Counted from the first letter of the stretch, positions 1 to 10,228 are shown. The stretch: DNA of 64,000 nt from an uncultured Bryobacterales bacterium (GCA_951813605.1 OX638379.1:684830-748829); one strand, 5' to 3'. Notes: generated by a model not told the origin, from the sequence alone. Numbers and translations are program-made.

Positions 1-132
1 CGCTGGGCGCATTGGCTTGGGCGCTGATCGAAGCAGCGTAGGCGGTCGAGATCGTCCGACAGAGGCCTCCGCAATCAGGCCGCGAGGAGACAGGTGCAAT
101 CCGATTCGAACTGCTACGCTGCGGGCTATCTG

Positions 133-1548
133 ATGCGCGTACTATTAGCTCTTGTCCTCTGCGCGCCGCTGGCGGCCCAGTCGCGTCCCAACATCGTTCT
201 GGCGATGGCCGACGACCAAGGCTGGGGCGAGACTGGCTACAACGGGCATCCTTATTTGAAGACGCCGGTCCTGGATGAAATGGCGGCCTCGGGACTGAGG
301 TTCGACCGTTTCTACTCCGCCGCCCCGAATTGCTCTCCAACCCGCGCATCGATCCTGACCGGCCGGCACCCCAATCGATCCGGCGTTTTCGCCCCAAATC
401 ATTCGACACGTCCCGAGGAGATCTCCATCGCCCAGATCCTTCGAACGGCGGGCTACCGGACAGCGCACTTCGGGAAGTGGCACGTTGGAGCCGTCAAGGC
501 GGCATCCCCGACCAGTCCCGCCCGCATGGGGTACGACGAGTACCTTGCGCACGACAACTTCTTCGAACTCGACCCGCCCTTGAGCCGGAACGGCGAAGAT
601 CCCGAAATCATCCAAGGTGAAAGCTCGGAGATCTGCGTGGACGCGGCCATCCAGTTCCTGAGGTCGGCACGATCCAAGGGGCCGGAGCCGTTCTTCGTGA
701 CCTTGTGGTTCGGCTCTCCGCACAGCCCGTATCGAGCGTTGCCTGACGACGCGGCGCTCTATCGCGAGGTCCGCGGGGAGGAACTCGCGAACCGATTCGC
801 CGAGATCACCGCTATGGATCGAGCACTCGGCCAATTCCGCGATGCGCTCAGCGAGATGGGGCTAGCCGACAACACCTTGCTCTGGTTCACGTCGGACAAC
901 GGAATCACGGTCGAGGGCATTCCGGAAGACCAGCGCGCCGGGCTCCACAACGGGGGCTGGCGCGGGCACAAGGGATCGCTTTACGAGGGGGGACTGCGGG
1001 TGCCTGGAATCATCGAGTGGCCGTCCGTGATTCGCGAACCGCGACGGACGGCAGTACCTGCCGTCACTACCGACATTTTTGCCACACTGCTGGCCTTGCT
1101 GGACTTGGAGCACCCGTATCCAGCCCGTCCATTGGATGGGGTGGATCTGACGCCGCTGATCATGGACGATTCGATGGCGGAGCGCCCAACGCCCGTGGGC
1201 TTCTGGCGCTACGACCGTCGATCTGAAACCAAGAACCCACGTTGGATGGCCCCGGAACTGACCCGAGGCACAACGCCGACTGTTAGGAATCCAGGCATCG
1301 ATTTCGTCAATTTCAAGCACCCAGTCGCGAAGACGAGCGACTTTGGGGGCATGGCCGCTTGGACGGGAAACCGCTACAAGCTCGTCCGCCTCGGCGATCA
1401 GGAGCCCGAACTCTACGACTTGATTGCGGATCCGAACGAGAGCAATGACCTCGCCTCAAACCAGCCGGCCCGGGTCCGGGCAATGTTAGAGAGGCTGGAG
1501 GAGTGGCAGCGCTCGGTCGAGCGGAGTCTTGCGGGGCAAGACTATTGA
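133..1548 (+). CDS. Sulfatase (arylsulfatase A-like, formylglycine-dependent), exported
   Basis: Signal peptide from ATG 133; PNIVLAMADDQG, CSPTRASILTG (CxPxR), GKWH, SDNG, KGSLYEGGLRVP and ELYDL motifs. Confidence 0.93.
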   Translation: MRVLLALVLCAPLAAQSRPNIVLAMADDQGWGETGYNGHPYLKTPVLDEMAASGLRFDRFYSAAPNCSPTRASILTGRHPNRSGVFAPNHSTRPEEISIAQILRTAGYRTAHFGKWHVGAVKAASPTSPARMGYDEYLAHDNFFELDPPLSRNGEDPEIIQGESSEICVDAAIQFLRSARSKGPEPFFVTLWFGSPHSPYRALPDDAALYREVRGEELANRFAEITAMDRALGQFRDALSEMGLADNTLLWFTSDNGITVEGIPEDQRAGLHNGGWRGHKGSLYEGGLRVPGIIEWPSVIREPRRTAVPAVTTDIFATLLALLDLEHPYPARPLDGVDLTPLIMDDSMAERPTPVGFWRYDRRSETKNPRWMAPELTRGTTPTVRNPGIDFVNFKHPVAKTSDFGGMAAWTGNRYKLVRLGDQEPELYDLIADPNESNDLASNQPARVRAMLERLEEWQRSVERSLAGQDY

Positions 1549-1950
1549 CTAGGGTGTCGCTAGCCGCGACCATTTCTGGGCGGTTTGGCAATTGCCCGAC
1601 AAGATCAAGGCTCTTGTTTTCGTTGAAACACCAATTGATGTGCTGCCAACAACCCGGCTTGGTCCAGTTCCTGGCAGCCCGAAGAACGAAGCGTCTTCAG
1701 CGCCCGACTTGTCGTTAATTGCGTTCTCCGTCAACTCGTCCGCCCAATCTCGTCTGGACGCGGAGGCGCAGGCTTAGTCAGGCCAGACCCCTCTAAGCGT
1801 CTTGCCGAGAGAAGTGAACTGTAAATGTTCTCCCTGAGTGAGCGAGCCCCCTTTACCCGAACCCGTGCTTCGCGTTGGCGTAGTCGGCCATGGTTGCGGT
1901 CATCGCGAGCGAGTGGCGCATGGGAATCAATCCCCCGACAAGCTCGAGAC

Positions 1951-1978
1951 CGACCTGAACGCTCGAGCGTTCAGGTCG
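1951..1978. repeat. Perfect 28-bp palindrome in the convergent intergenic region
   Basis: cgacctgaacgctcgagcgttcaggtcg equals its own reverse complement; overlaps a second hairpin ggtcgcggc-gg-gccgcgacc (1974-1993). Confidence 0.9.
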
Positions 1979-2096
1979 CGGCGGGCCGCGACCGCTCGAC
2001 TGAACTCGTCCCGCCACGGCCACCAAACCCGTTGCGCCGCGTAGCTCGACCTGTTGCCTCCCCGGGCTAGCTCTGTGCGGGCGATTAGAAGACCGG

Positions 2097-3392
2097 TCAG
2101 ACCTTCGGCAAGACCCACGGGCGCCGGTATTCGCGACCCAGCAAACGGTTTGCTTCGTCGTCGTTTCCGAAACTCTCGTTCGCCGCGTCGAATTGCAGTT
2201 TGCGATCCGTTCGCCATGCGATGTTGCCTAAATGAACCAGCCCCGAGGCACAGTGACCGATTTCGATGTCGCACGCGGGGCGCCGTCCGTTGCGGATTGC
2301 GGCCAGCATGTCCCGCTTGTGTCGCACGTCATCGTCTGACTTGGCGCTGGAGCCCTCGGCGACGACCTGGTTGTGTTCGTCATAGGCGTGCCAGCTGCCG
2401 TTGCCGATGACCACGTAACCGTTCTCTCCGTAGACTGCCGAGCCCTCGGCCTCGCCCTCCATCGTGGTTGGCTGCCAGTTGCGCATTTCGTACATCAAGG
2501 TCGCGCCCGGATAGTCCCACGTCACTACCAGTGTGTCCGGCCACTGTTGTGCGTCGTCGAAGAAGAACTTCCCGCCTGCCGCCGATACGGCGGTCGGCCA
2601 GTCGGGAAGACGCTTGCCCATGGCCTCGAAGCCGGCGGCCAGCCCCCTGCGGGCGTAGTCGACCCGGTGGACGCCGTCATTGCCTAGGTCGCCGGTCCCG
2701 TAGTCGAAGAACCAGCGCCAGCTCCCGTGGAAACGATTCGGGTTGAATGGGCGCTTTGGTGCAGGGCCGAGCCACATGTCGTAGTCGACGCCGGGAGGGG
2801 CGGGTCCGTCGGGCGGGTAGCCAATGCCTTTCTGTCGTGCGCTCTCCCACCCCTTGGCAAAGGCTACCTTGCCTAGTACTCCGCTGCGAATGTATTCGCA
2901 AGCTTCCCTGTAATTAAGGCCGCTACGCGACTGAATTCCGACCTGCACGACTCGGTTGTATTTGCGGGCAGCGTCCAGCATTGCGCGACCCTCGGCGATA
3001 TTGTGGCCGGCCGGCTTCTCCACATAGACATGCTTGCCCGCTTGACAAGCGAGGATAGTCGGGATCGCGTGCCAGTGCGTTGGAGTGCCCATCGCGATCA
3101 GGTCGATATCGGGATCGTCCAGCAGGCGCCGAAAGTCTGTCTCGACGGATGGCCTGTGCCCCTGCCTTTCCGCGACGGCTGCGACTGCATCGTCGAACAA
3201 GCGCCGGTCGACATCGCAGATCGTCTTGACATCAACGTCCGGCAGTTCGGCGAATCCGTGAAGGATCCGCCGGCCCCGGCCGCGAAATCCCATCATGGCG
3301 ACCGTGAACCGCTCGTTTGGATTCGCCGAGCTCAAGTAGGCCGGAGCCAAGGCCCCGGCGGCAGTTTTCATGAAAGTGCGTCTGGTGGGCAT
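2097..3392 (-). CDS. Gfo/Idh/MocA family oxidoreductase, Tat-exported
   Basis: TRRTFMK Tat motif; GFRGRG, TPTHWH, YVEKP and DYDMWLGPAP motifs. Confidence 0.92.
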   Translation of the reverse strand: MPTRRTFMKTAAGALAPAYLSSANPNERFTVAMMGFRGRGRRILHGFAELPDVDVKTICDVDRRLFDDAVAAVAERQGHRPSVETDFRRLLDDPDIDLIAMGTPTHWHAIPTILACQAGKHVYVEKPAGHNIAEGRAMLDAARKYNRVVQVGIQSRSGLNYREACEYIRSGVLGKVAFAKGWESARQKGIGYPPDGPAPPGVDYDMWLGPAPKRPFNPNRFHGSWRWFFDYGTGDLGNDGVHRVDYARRGLAAGFEAMGKRLPDWPTAVSAAGGKFFFDDAQQWPDTLVVTWDYPGATLMYEMRNWQPTTMEGEAEGSAVYGENGYVVIGNGSWHAYDEHNQVVAEGSSAKSDDDVRHKRDMLAAIRNGRRPACDIEIGHCASGLVHLGNIAWRTDRKLQFDAANESFGNDDEANRLLGREYRRPWVLPKV

Positions 3393-3576
3393 CGGAAATA
3401 TCCTGCCCGTAACCTTAGCGCGAATGCAGCGCTCGGGTCGAGAGGCTCGTGCAGGTCCAAGAGACTGGATCAGGAGAATCGCAACTCAGATCGCGCGTCC
3501 GACTGCGATCAATCGGCACACATCGCAGGTTGCTCTTGGATTGGGCTTCCTAGCCGCACTCCAGAGACCAGACGTC

Positions 3577-4272
3577 CTACTCCTGGCCGATCTTGCCATC
3601 AAACAAGCGCACGATCCGCTTGGCATACGCCTCGAATCTTGGATCGTGGGTCACCATGCAGATCGTCGAGCCGCCTTCGTGGACTTCGCCCAGCAGGTCC
3701 ATGACAGCTTCGCCGTTCTTCGAATCGAGGTTCCCAGTCGGCTCGTCAGCAAGCAGGACGGACGGATTGCCGCCGAGCGCGCGGGCCACGGCCACCCGTT
3801 GCTGCTGGCCTCCCGACAGCTGCGAGGGGTAGTGCTTCAGCCGGTGCGCCATCCCAACTCGCTCCAACGCGGTCTCGGCGCGTTCCCGCCGCTCCTTCTT
3901 GGGCATGCCCCGGTAGGTCAGCGGCAGCTCTACGTTCTCGAATACCGTCAGGTCGCCGATCAGGTTGAACGCTTGGAAGATGAAACCGATCCGGCGGTTA
4001 CGGATGCGGGCGCGCTGGCGTGCCTTGAGGTTCTCGACTGATTCGCCGTTTAGCAAGTATACTCCCTCAGTCGGCGTGTCAAGCAATCCTAGGATCGAAA
4101 GCAGGGTCGACTTGCCACATCCGGACGGGCCGGAAATCGAGACGTACTCGCCGTCGCGGATCTCAAGGTCCACCTCGGAGAGTGCGTGGGTCTCTACCTC
4201 GTCGGTGTAGAACACTTTTGACACGCCCTCGAGCCGGATCAGAGGATCGCCTCCGTTCGTTGCTTCTGTCAA
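3577..4272 (-). CDS. ABC transporter ATP-binding protein (MacB/LolD type)
   Basis: Walker A GPSGCGKST, LSGGQQQR, LLADEPTGNLD, VTHD. Confidence 0.95.
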   Translation of the reverse strand: MTEATNGGDPLIRLEGVSKVFYTDEVETHALSEVDLEIRDGEYVSISGPSGCGKSTLLSILGLLDTPTEGVYLLNGESVENLKARQRARIRNRRIGFIFQAFNLIGDLTVFENVELPLTYRGMPKKERRERAETALERVGMAHRLKHYPSQLSGGQQQRVAVARALGGNPSVLLADEPTGNLDSKNGEAVMDLLGEVHEGGSTICMVTHDPRFEAYAKRIVRLFDGKIGQE

Positions 4273-4326
4273 TTGCTCTCCTTCTCGTCGTGCTTTCTCG
4301 GGATCAAGCGCTGCCCGGGGCCGGTC

Positions 4327-5580
4327 TCATTCTAGTTGGATCCGGTCGTATGCGTCCCAAGCGGACATGTCGGAGAGGATCACTGCATCGCCTTCCTGCA
4401 GGCCCGCGCGGATCTCGATGGTGCTTACCGAGACACTCCCTACTTGAACTTGGACGCGCGAAGCGTGCGTTTCGTCAGGCTCCATTCGGAACAGCCCGAT
4501 CACGCTGCCTGCTCGGGCGTGAATTGGCCGTCCCACGAACAGCACGTCTTCGAGGCGCTCCAGCTCGATCGTGCCGTCCACGCTGAGATCGGGCCGCGCC
4601 CCGCGCGGCATCTCCCCGATCAGTTCGATGTCTACCAGCACCGTACCTTCGATCGCAGCGGGGTCGATGCGCGACACCCTGCCTGGAATCACGCCGTTGC
4701 GCGTGTCAACCTCGGCGCGCTGCCCAATCGCGACGTCGTTCACCAAGGTCTCCGGAATCTTCAACTCGGCCTTGAGCCGCGTCGGGTCCGACACGCGCGC
4801 CAACACATCGCCGGGTGCGACGAGCTGTCCGACCTCGACCTCCATCAATTGCAGGACCCCCCGCATCCCGGAGCGCACTCTGAGCTTGTCGAGCTTCTCG
4901 CGGCGCAGAGCCACGAGCAAGTCCATCTGCTCGATACGCGCCCGCTGGGCCGCCAGCTGCGCCTCCGCGGAAGGCTTCCGCGCCTCTCCTCGGGCCCGCT
5001 CCAAGAGGAATCGCTTCTCCCACTGCTCCATCGCTACGTGCGATTTCTTGAGCGTGACCCGATCCACCAAGCCCTCCTCAGACAGCTCGAAATCGGCGTC
5101 GTACTGCGCCTTCGCTTGCAGGTACTGGCCTTCGACTTCGGCTGTCAGCGATTCTTGATTCAATCTTTGGTCTTCGAGCTGAGCCTCGAGATTCGCAAGG
5201 TCGGCCTGGGCTGCCTTGAGTTGCGCTTCCGCGTCGAGGTACTCCTGCTCCACTTGGGGGCTGCTAAGTTCAACCAGGACCGTGCCGGGCAGCACCGCCT
5301 GGCCCGGCTGAACGTGCCTGCGCTCCACACGCCCCGCGTCGCTCGCGGCAATCACCACCACGGTTTCCGGCACGAGGGCTCCGATCCCGCGTACTTGCCG
5401 CAGCATCTCCCCTCTCTCCACGGTGTCGGAGAACACCACGGAGGAGTCGACGCCGGGTGCCGCCGGTTCAAGCCGCGAAAGAGCCCATGCTATTGCCGCA
5501 ACTCCAACTAGCGCGCCCGCTCCCGCGACGACCTGGCGAATTCGCTTCTTCCGCGCGTATCCGACTCGTGGCTTATCCAT
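4327..5580 (-). CDS. Periplasmic adaptor / membrane fusion protein (HlyD/MacA-like)
   Basis: N-terminal TM anchor, lipoyl halves around a coiled coil, RIDP..GTV motif; directly upstream of the MacB-type ATPase. Confidence 0.9.
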   Translation of the reverse strand: MDKPRVGYARKKRIRQVVAGAGALVGVAAIAWALSRLEPAAPGVDSSVVFSDTVERGEMLRQVRGIGALVPETVVVIAASDAGRVERRHVQPGQAVLPGTVLVELSSPQVEQEYLDAEAQLKAAQADLANLEAQLEDQRLNQESLTAEVEGQYLQAKAQYDADFELSEEGLVDRVTLKKSHVAMEQWEKRFLLERARGEARKPSAEAQLAAQRARIEQMDLLVALRREKLDKLRVRSGMRGVLQLMEVEVGQLVAPGDVLARVSDPTRLKAELKIPETLVNDVAIGQRAEVDTRNGVIPGRVSRIDPAAIEGTVLVDIELIGEMPRGARPDLSVDGTIELERLEDVLFVGRPIHARAGSVIGLFRMEPDETHASRVQVQVGSVSVSTIEIRAGLQEGDAVILSDMSAWDAYDRIQLE

Positions 5581-6100
5581 AGCTCTTAACTCTTGGACCT
5601 AGGCCGATCACTCCGGGTTGCTCGGGATACCCGCCTCTTAGAACGATCGTAACGCCCAAGTCTGTTCGCGCGGCCGCATGATTCCTGCGTCGCATGTCTC
5701 ACCCACTGGTAAGCCTATCCCCATCATATGATTCCGGCGTTGCCTCGCATCTCCCTATGCGATGACTGCTGCACTCGCCCAACGCATCGAATCACGGTGG
5801 CATCAACCGCTTCTCTGCGTCGCGACTGTCGTCACCGTAGGAGTTCGCTCTGTCGTCTGCTGAGTCGGCGCCGACGTCGCGGACTCTATTCTCTTCCGCA
5901 CCCGCCCGCATCCCGATCGGGGCCGCTTGGCAATGACATGGAGTGCTATGCACGACGAACCGAACCGGATGATGTTGGTGTCGAGGCGCACGTTCGACCA
6001 GTGGAAGAGCACCAAACGCTCATTCGAGCGGTTGGCCAAGATCCGGGAGTGGCAATTCGTCATGGCAGACTCCCGAGGGCCTTCACAGGATCTGGACTGA

Positions 6101-7957
6101 CTACCAAGGTGGAAAACCGATTGCACGGAATGCGAGCAGGTAAACCGCTGCCACCAAGCATGCCAACGAAACCGCCAGCGAGTGCCAACGCGCAAATCTG
6201 CCAACTTTTTGGGGGTCACTTCGCAGTGCACAAGTCAAGCCTTTGATGGCGAGAAGCACGAAGCCCCACGAAAGCCCCACGAAGCTGATTGCCGCTAGCG
6301 TCAGTAACGGTTGCCCAAGTTCATCGATCAGTTGAAGGCTAATTCCCTTCACGGCTACGGTTACGGCCAAACTAATCAGCGCAAGCAACGGCCAGAGGCG
6401 CACGGCAACCGGTCGGCCCTTGAATCTTCCAGCGAGTCTCAACGGAACCCAAGCCACAGCCCACAGCGGGCTACTGAACATCAGCAGTGCGAGAAGACTT
6501 GCCACGATGCGCTCAAGCCAAACAATTGCACCTGAAACCTGACGTAGGTTTCCGAATTCTCCCTGGACATACTTCGTCCTATCGGGGCCTTCCACAAGCG
6601 CCAGAGTGGTCATCGGCCGCAGCTTGCGCTTGAAGACCCTATTGCCGGCGGGATGGAACTCGATGTCGCGTCCGTCGCGACTAAATTCCAGAACGTCTTC
6701 CACCCGCCGAATGCTGCTGACACCGTCCAACCTCTCGACGAAGCGCGCATATTCCCTGCGGGGCGTGATCGGCCGATAGTAGCCCGTCCATTGGTCGATA
6801 TCGCCGGGCATCTCCGCGATGCTCGGCTTGCGTCGCTGCTCGATATCGCGGATGAGAAAGTCGCGGACGAGGTTGCGAATACTGTTGACCACCGAGCCGT
6901 TCGACGTGGAGACCATCACGCAGTATCCAAGGCCTTGGTCGGGCAAGTACCCGTACTCCGAGTGATACCCCGGCATACCGCCGTTGTGACCGCGAAATAC
7001 GAATCCACCCACCGCCCGCGAGTAGTTTCCTAGGCCATAACCGAGGTCCAGCTGCAGTGCGGCCGCGAGCGTTGTCTCGGGACGCTCCATGCGATCGATC
7101 GATCGCGGTGAAACCAGCCGGCGGCCATCAAGCTCGCCACGATTTAGCAGCATGCGGACGAAGCGCGCCAATTGCGCCGGGGTTGCGTTCAGCGCACCCG
7201 AGGGTCGCACGGCTATGTGCTGATAGGGAGCTTGTTCGCCACTTTCGCCGTAGCCTGAGGCCAGCCTCGACTCGACGTGGTCGGTCAACAGCAGCCCGGC
7301 TCCGGTCATGTTTAGAGGTTTGACGATCTCTTCAACGACGAAGTCCTCAAACGAGCGTCCGTCGGATTTCTGCACAATGTATGCGGCGACCGCTGGTCCG
7401 GCATTTGAATACGACGGGTGCAGGCCGGGAGGCCAACGGCAATAGAGCAACTCTTTGATGAAATCTAGCCCCTGGCGCAAGGAGAGCGGTGTCGGGTCGT
7501 TACTTGCATAGTGTTTGGGATGAGCGTCATCGAGACCGGCAGTGTGCTCCAGCAAATGCACGAGGCGTACAGGGGCACTGTCTTTCCAACGGTTCCGGAT
7601 CTCGATCTCTGGTGCCAAGTCGGCGACAGGGTCGGTAAGCCGAAGCACACCTCTTTCTTCGAGGATCAAGGTGGCAAGCCCCACGAAACTCTTGCTAATG
7701 GAGCCGACTCGCCAGTAGGTGTCTTTGTCTGCCCGGCGCCCGTTTTCGGGATTGGCAATGCCGATCCCGTCCGCCCAAATCGTCCTCTCGCTCGATACGA
7801 GAGCGACCCCTGCGGATCCATGGCCGCCCCTATCCAACTCTTCCTTGATTGCATTCCGAAGCTCCTCGATTGACGAAGGCTTTTCCATGCCATGCAACGC
7901 CGCCTGGACAAATGCGGTCAGCAGCAAGCAAATCTGCGCCAGCTTTGTGAGCACCAT
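6101..7957 (-). CDS. Serine hydrolase (class C beta-lactamase/PBP-like) with C-terminal transmembrane helices
   Basis: GSISK (SxxK), HTAG, YSN and HNGG motifs; signal-like segment after M at 7957 (alternative GTG at 8077); about 3 hydrophobic helices at the C-terminus. Confidence 0.88.
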   Translation of the reverse strand: MVLTKLAQICLLLTAFVQAALHGMEKPSSIEELRNAIKEELDRGGHGSAGVALVSSERTIWADGIGIANPENGRRADKDTYWRVGSISKSFVGLATLILEERGVLRLTDPVADLAPEIEIRNRWKDSAPVRLVHLLEHTAGLDDAHPKHYASNDPTPLSLRQGLDFIKELLYCRWPPGLHPSYSNAGPAVAAYIVQKSDGRSFEDFVVEEIVKPLNMTGAGLLLTDHVESRLASGYGESGEQAPYQHIAVRPSGALNATPAQLARFVRMLLNRGELDGRRLVSPRSIDRMERPETTLAAALQLDLGYGLGNYSRAVGGFVFRGHNGGMPGYHSEYGYLPDQGLGYCVMVSTSNGSVVNSIRNLVRDFLIRDIEQRRKPSIAEMPGDIDQWTGYYRPITPRREYARFVERLDGVSSIRRVEDVLEFSRDGRDIEFHPAGNRVFKRKLRPMTTLALVEGPDRTKYVQGEFGNLRQVSGAIVWLERIVASLLALLMFSSPLWAVAWVPLRLAGRFKGRPVAVRLWPLLALISLAVTVAVKGISLQLIDELGQPLLTLAAISFVGLSWGFVLLAIKGLTCALRSDPQKVGRFARWHSLAVSLACLVAAVYLLAFRAIGFPPW

Positions 7958-8083
7958 CCACTGGATTCTGCGGCGGGACCGCAGGTGATCGCCTGCGGAC
8001 CTCGGTCCGAGCCTAGGTCGACCTGCCCGCTTGCGGTAATGAGCGGAATCTGCCGTCATGTCCTCAGACAATTCCACGTTCGG

Positions 8084-8848
8084 TTAAATGGCTCCTTGGA
8101 ACCAGTGCCTAGACATCAGCAGTAGGAAAAGAGGGATTCCGGTAAAGGCCATGATCGTGCTTCGGGCGGTCCGACGCGTCAGGTACTGATTGCAAATCGC
8201 CACTCCGCACACTGCAAGAACGAGCAGCCAGGGCAATTCGTCCGTAAAGAGGCGGCCGAGTTCTTGGCCGTCGACTGCAGGGATGGCGAGCCAACTCAGG
8301 AAAAGCAATCCGCTGCACGTGACTCCCGCCATAATTCCGCCTAGGAACGCCATCCTCGCAAGGCTCGGTGTCAAAACCGCCAGTGTCATTAAGACGGCCG
8401 CAGAGACTACTTCAGCAAGCAAATCGTGACGGGATGTCGAATTTGCTCCGACAAATTGGCTGAACACCAGCAAGCGGACCAACATCGCTGGGAGGACCAA
8501 CGTTAGAGCCAAAAAGAGCGCCTTGCTCGCGAGCAGCTTGCTCCCCGACACTGGCCGACTCAACCAGAACGCGGTGCTGCCCACGACGGAGTCGTCGTGT
8601 ATCAATTTCGAGACAACTGTCGCCCGCAGCGAGAGTTCGAGAACCGCAGCTAGGACTGCAAGAAAGAAAACCGCCATGACTACCTCCTTGTCTTGGACCG
8701 GAACCTTGCTAAGTTCCGCATCCTCACCCAACAAGAGATCAGACTTGGCCTGTAGAGCAGCAGCCAGCGTCAGTAGCAGGTACCACACGCAAAGAATCAG
8801 CCGCACGTGGTGAAAGTCCTTCCGGAGAATGTGAAAGATCAGATTCAT
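8084..8848 (-). CDS. ABC-2-type permease-like membrane protein
   Basis: Multi-TM protein starting MNLIFHILRKD with a GGAGG RBS; FWLSRPVSGSKLLASK motif; follows the ABC ATPase. Confidence 0.78.
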   Translation of the reverse strand: MNLIFHILRKDFHHVRLILCVWYLLLTLAAALQAKSDLLLGEDAELSKVPVQDKEVVMAVFFLAVLAAVLELSLRATVVSKLIHDDSVVGSTAFWLSRPVSGSKLLASKALFLALTLVLPAMLVRLLVFSQFVGANSTSRHDLLAEVVSAAVLMTLAVLTPSLARMAFLGGIMAGVTCSGLLFLSWLAIPAVDGQELGRLFTDELPWLLVLAVCGVAICNQYLTRRTARSTIMAFTGIPLFLLLMSRHWFQGAI

Positions 8849-8856
8849 GGTTCCTC

Positions 8857-9762
8857 CTACACCTCGGCCCGATAATTCCGAGCGAGCGCCACAAAGATCT
8901 CCTTGAGGGACATTCGATTCACTGTCAAGTCCATGAGCCCTGGCACGATCCTCCGAACGCGGCCTACTCCCGTCTCGTCGCGGTAAGCACTCTCGACGAA
9001 CCGGACACGCTGTCCTACCGAGGCCGGCAAAAGCCACGATTCGGGCAACGCCGCTGGAAGCTGCCCACCCGGCTCCAAAGTGAACTCACAGTGGCGAAAT
9101 CGACTCTCGAGCGAGGCGGCGGACTCCGAAAGACGGAGCGCTCCCCGATCGATCACGCCCACCCAATCCACCAGCCGTTCTACTTCGTCAATGTCATGCG
9201 ATGCCACCAGAACGGTCCATTCGGTCCGACCGCTAAGTTCTAGGAGCCCGCGAATGAACTCATCACGCACGAGCAAGTCCAAACCGTTGAAAGGTTCGTC
9301 CAAGACAACCAGTTCCGGCCGATAGGCCAACGCAACCAGCAGAGCCGCCTTGCTTCTCATACCGCGAGAAAAGCCGTGGATCTTCTGTGCGAGGGGAAGA
9401 TCGAATTGGCGAATCAGCTGAGCGCACAAGTCCGTGTCCCATGAGGGATACATGGGTCGGCAGTAGTCGACCAGCTCCTGAACGCTCATCCATCCAGGCA
9501 AGTCCTGGTTCTCAGACACGTAGCCGATTCGGGACATCTCGTCGGGACCGAGCCGAAGGGAATCGACATCCAGAACACTGGCTCGACCGTTTGAGGGCCG
9601 GATCATGTTCATAAGCATCTTGATCACTGTGGTCTTGCCCGCACCATTCGGCCCCAGCAAGGCGAATATGCTCCCCCTTGGAACCTGCATGGTGAAATCG
9701 TTGACGGCTAAGTTTTGGCCGAATCGCCGTGAAAGTTCTCGGGTTTCGATGATTGCGCTCAT
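8857..9762 (-). CDS. ABC transporter ATP-binding protein (YtrB-like)
   Basis: GPNGAGKTT, FSRGM, VVLDEP, ASHD. Confidence 0.93.
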   Translation of the reverse strand: MSAIIETRELSRRFGQNLAVNDFTMQVPRGSIFALLGPNGAGKTTVIKMLMNMIRPSNGRASVLDVDSLRLGPDEMSRIGYVSENQDLPGWMSVQELVDYCRPMYPSWDTDLCAQLIRQFDLPLAQKIHGFSRGMRSKAALLVALAYRPELVVLDEPFNGLDLLVRDEFIRGLLELSGRTEWTVLVASHDIDEVERLVDWVGVIDRGALRLSESAASLESRFRHCEFTLEPGGQLPAALPESWLLPASVGQRVRFVESAYRDETGVGRVRRIVPGLMDLTVNRMSLKEIFVALARNYRAEV

Positions 9763-10193
9763 TTTTCAGTGCTCCCCATAATCGCCTCGAGCTCTCGGTG
9801 CCGTTTTGGTTGGACCTCGGATAAACATGTCCATTGGTGTTGAACGGCATCCACGAGCTGCTCGAGCGTCAGAGACAGCCTTCTCGCCTCCACGACCAAC
9901 TGCTCAACTTCCCGGGCCAAGAGCACCGAGCGCTCTTTCGGCGAGGGATCGGGGAGGTTAGCGACGAGAGTACCGACCCCTGGCTGGACCTCCAGGAGTC
10001 CTTGATCTACCAGCCGCGTCACAACCTTTTGCGCGGTGTTGGGATTGATCCGCAGCTCCTGGCTAAGCATCCGAACCGAAGGAAACCTGTCTCCGGGTGA
10101 CAGTTGGCTCGAAACGATCGCTTTCTGCACCGCATAGACCAACTGCTTGTAGATAGAGGTGCCCGTTCGTAATTCCACCGTGAAGGGCAACAT
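9759..10193 (-). CDS. GntR family regulator, YtrA subfamily
   Basis: IYKQL..LSPGDRFPSVRMLSQELRINPNT winged HTH with a short C-domain; ATGA overlap with the ATPase. Confidence 0.92.
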   Translation of the reverse strand: MLPFTVELRTGTSIYKQLVYAVQKAIVSSQLSPGDRFPSVRMLSQELRINPNTAQKVVTRLVDQGLLEVQPGVGTLVANLPDPSPKERSVLLAREVEQLVVEARRLSLTLEQLVDAVQHQWTCLSEVQPKRHRELEAIMGSTEK

Positions 10194-10196
10194 AAC

Positions 10197-10228
10197 TGTA
10201 CTATGTTACATAGTACACATAGTGTCAA
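10197..10228 (-). promoter_or_regulatory. YtrA-type operator overlapping a sigma70 promoter, probably leaderless
   Basis: Perfect inverted repeat TGTACTATGT-T-ACATAGTACA (10197-10217); on the minus strand TTGACA-N17-CATAGT ends 6 nt before ATG 10193. Confidence 0.8.

Noticed and set aside
1562-1660. PDKIKALVFVETP resembling an alpha/beta hydrolase strand
   Set aside because: Too short, and no nucleophile elbow in frame
4336-5511. 391-aa antisense ORF over the adaptor gene, and similar antisense ORFs elsewhere
   Set aside because: Typical stop-poor antisense frames of GC-rich genes, with no recognisable motifs
5803-6100. LDTNII (PIN-like) motif on the minus strand and a 50-aa plus-strand ORF at 5948-6100
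   Set aside because: No further PIN acidic residues or family motifs; cannot be distinguished from chance
6257-6285. Short tandem repeat (aagccccacg x2) as a phase-variation tract
   Set aside because: Only two full units inside a TM-coding region, and the reading frame is intact
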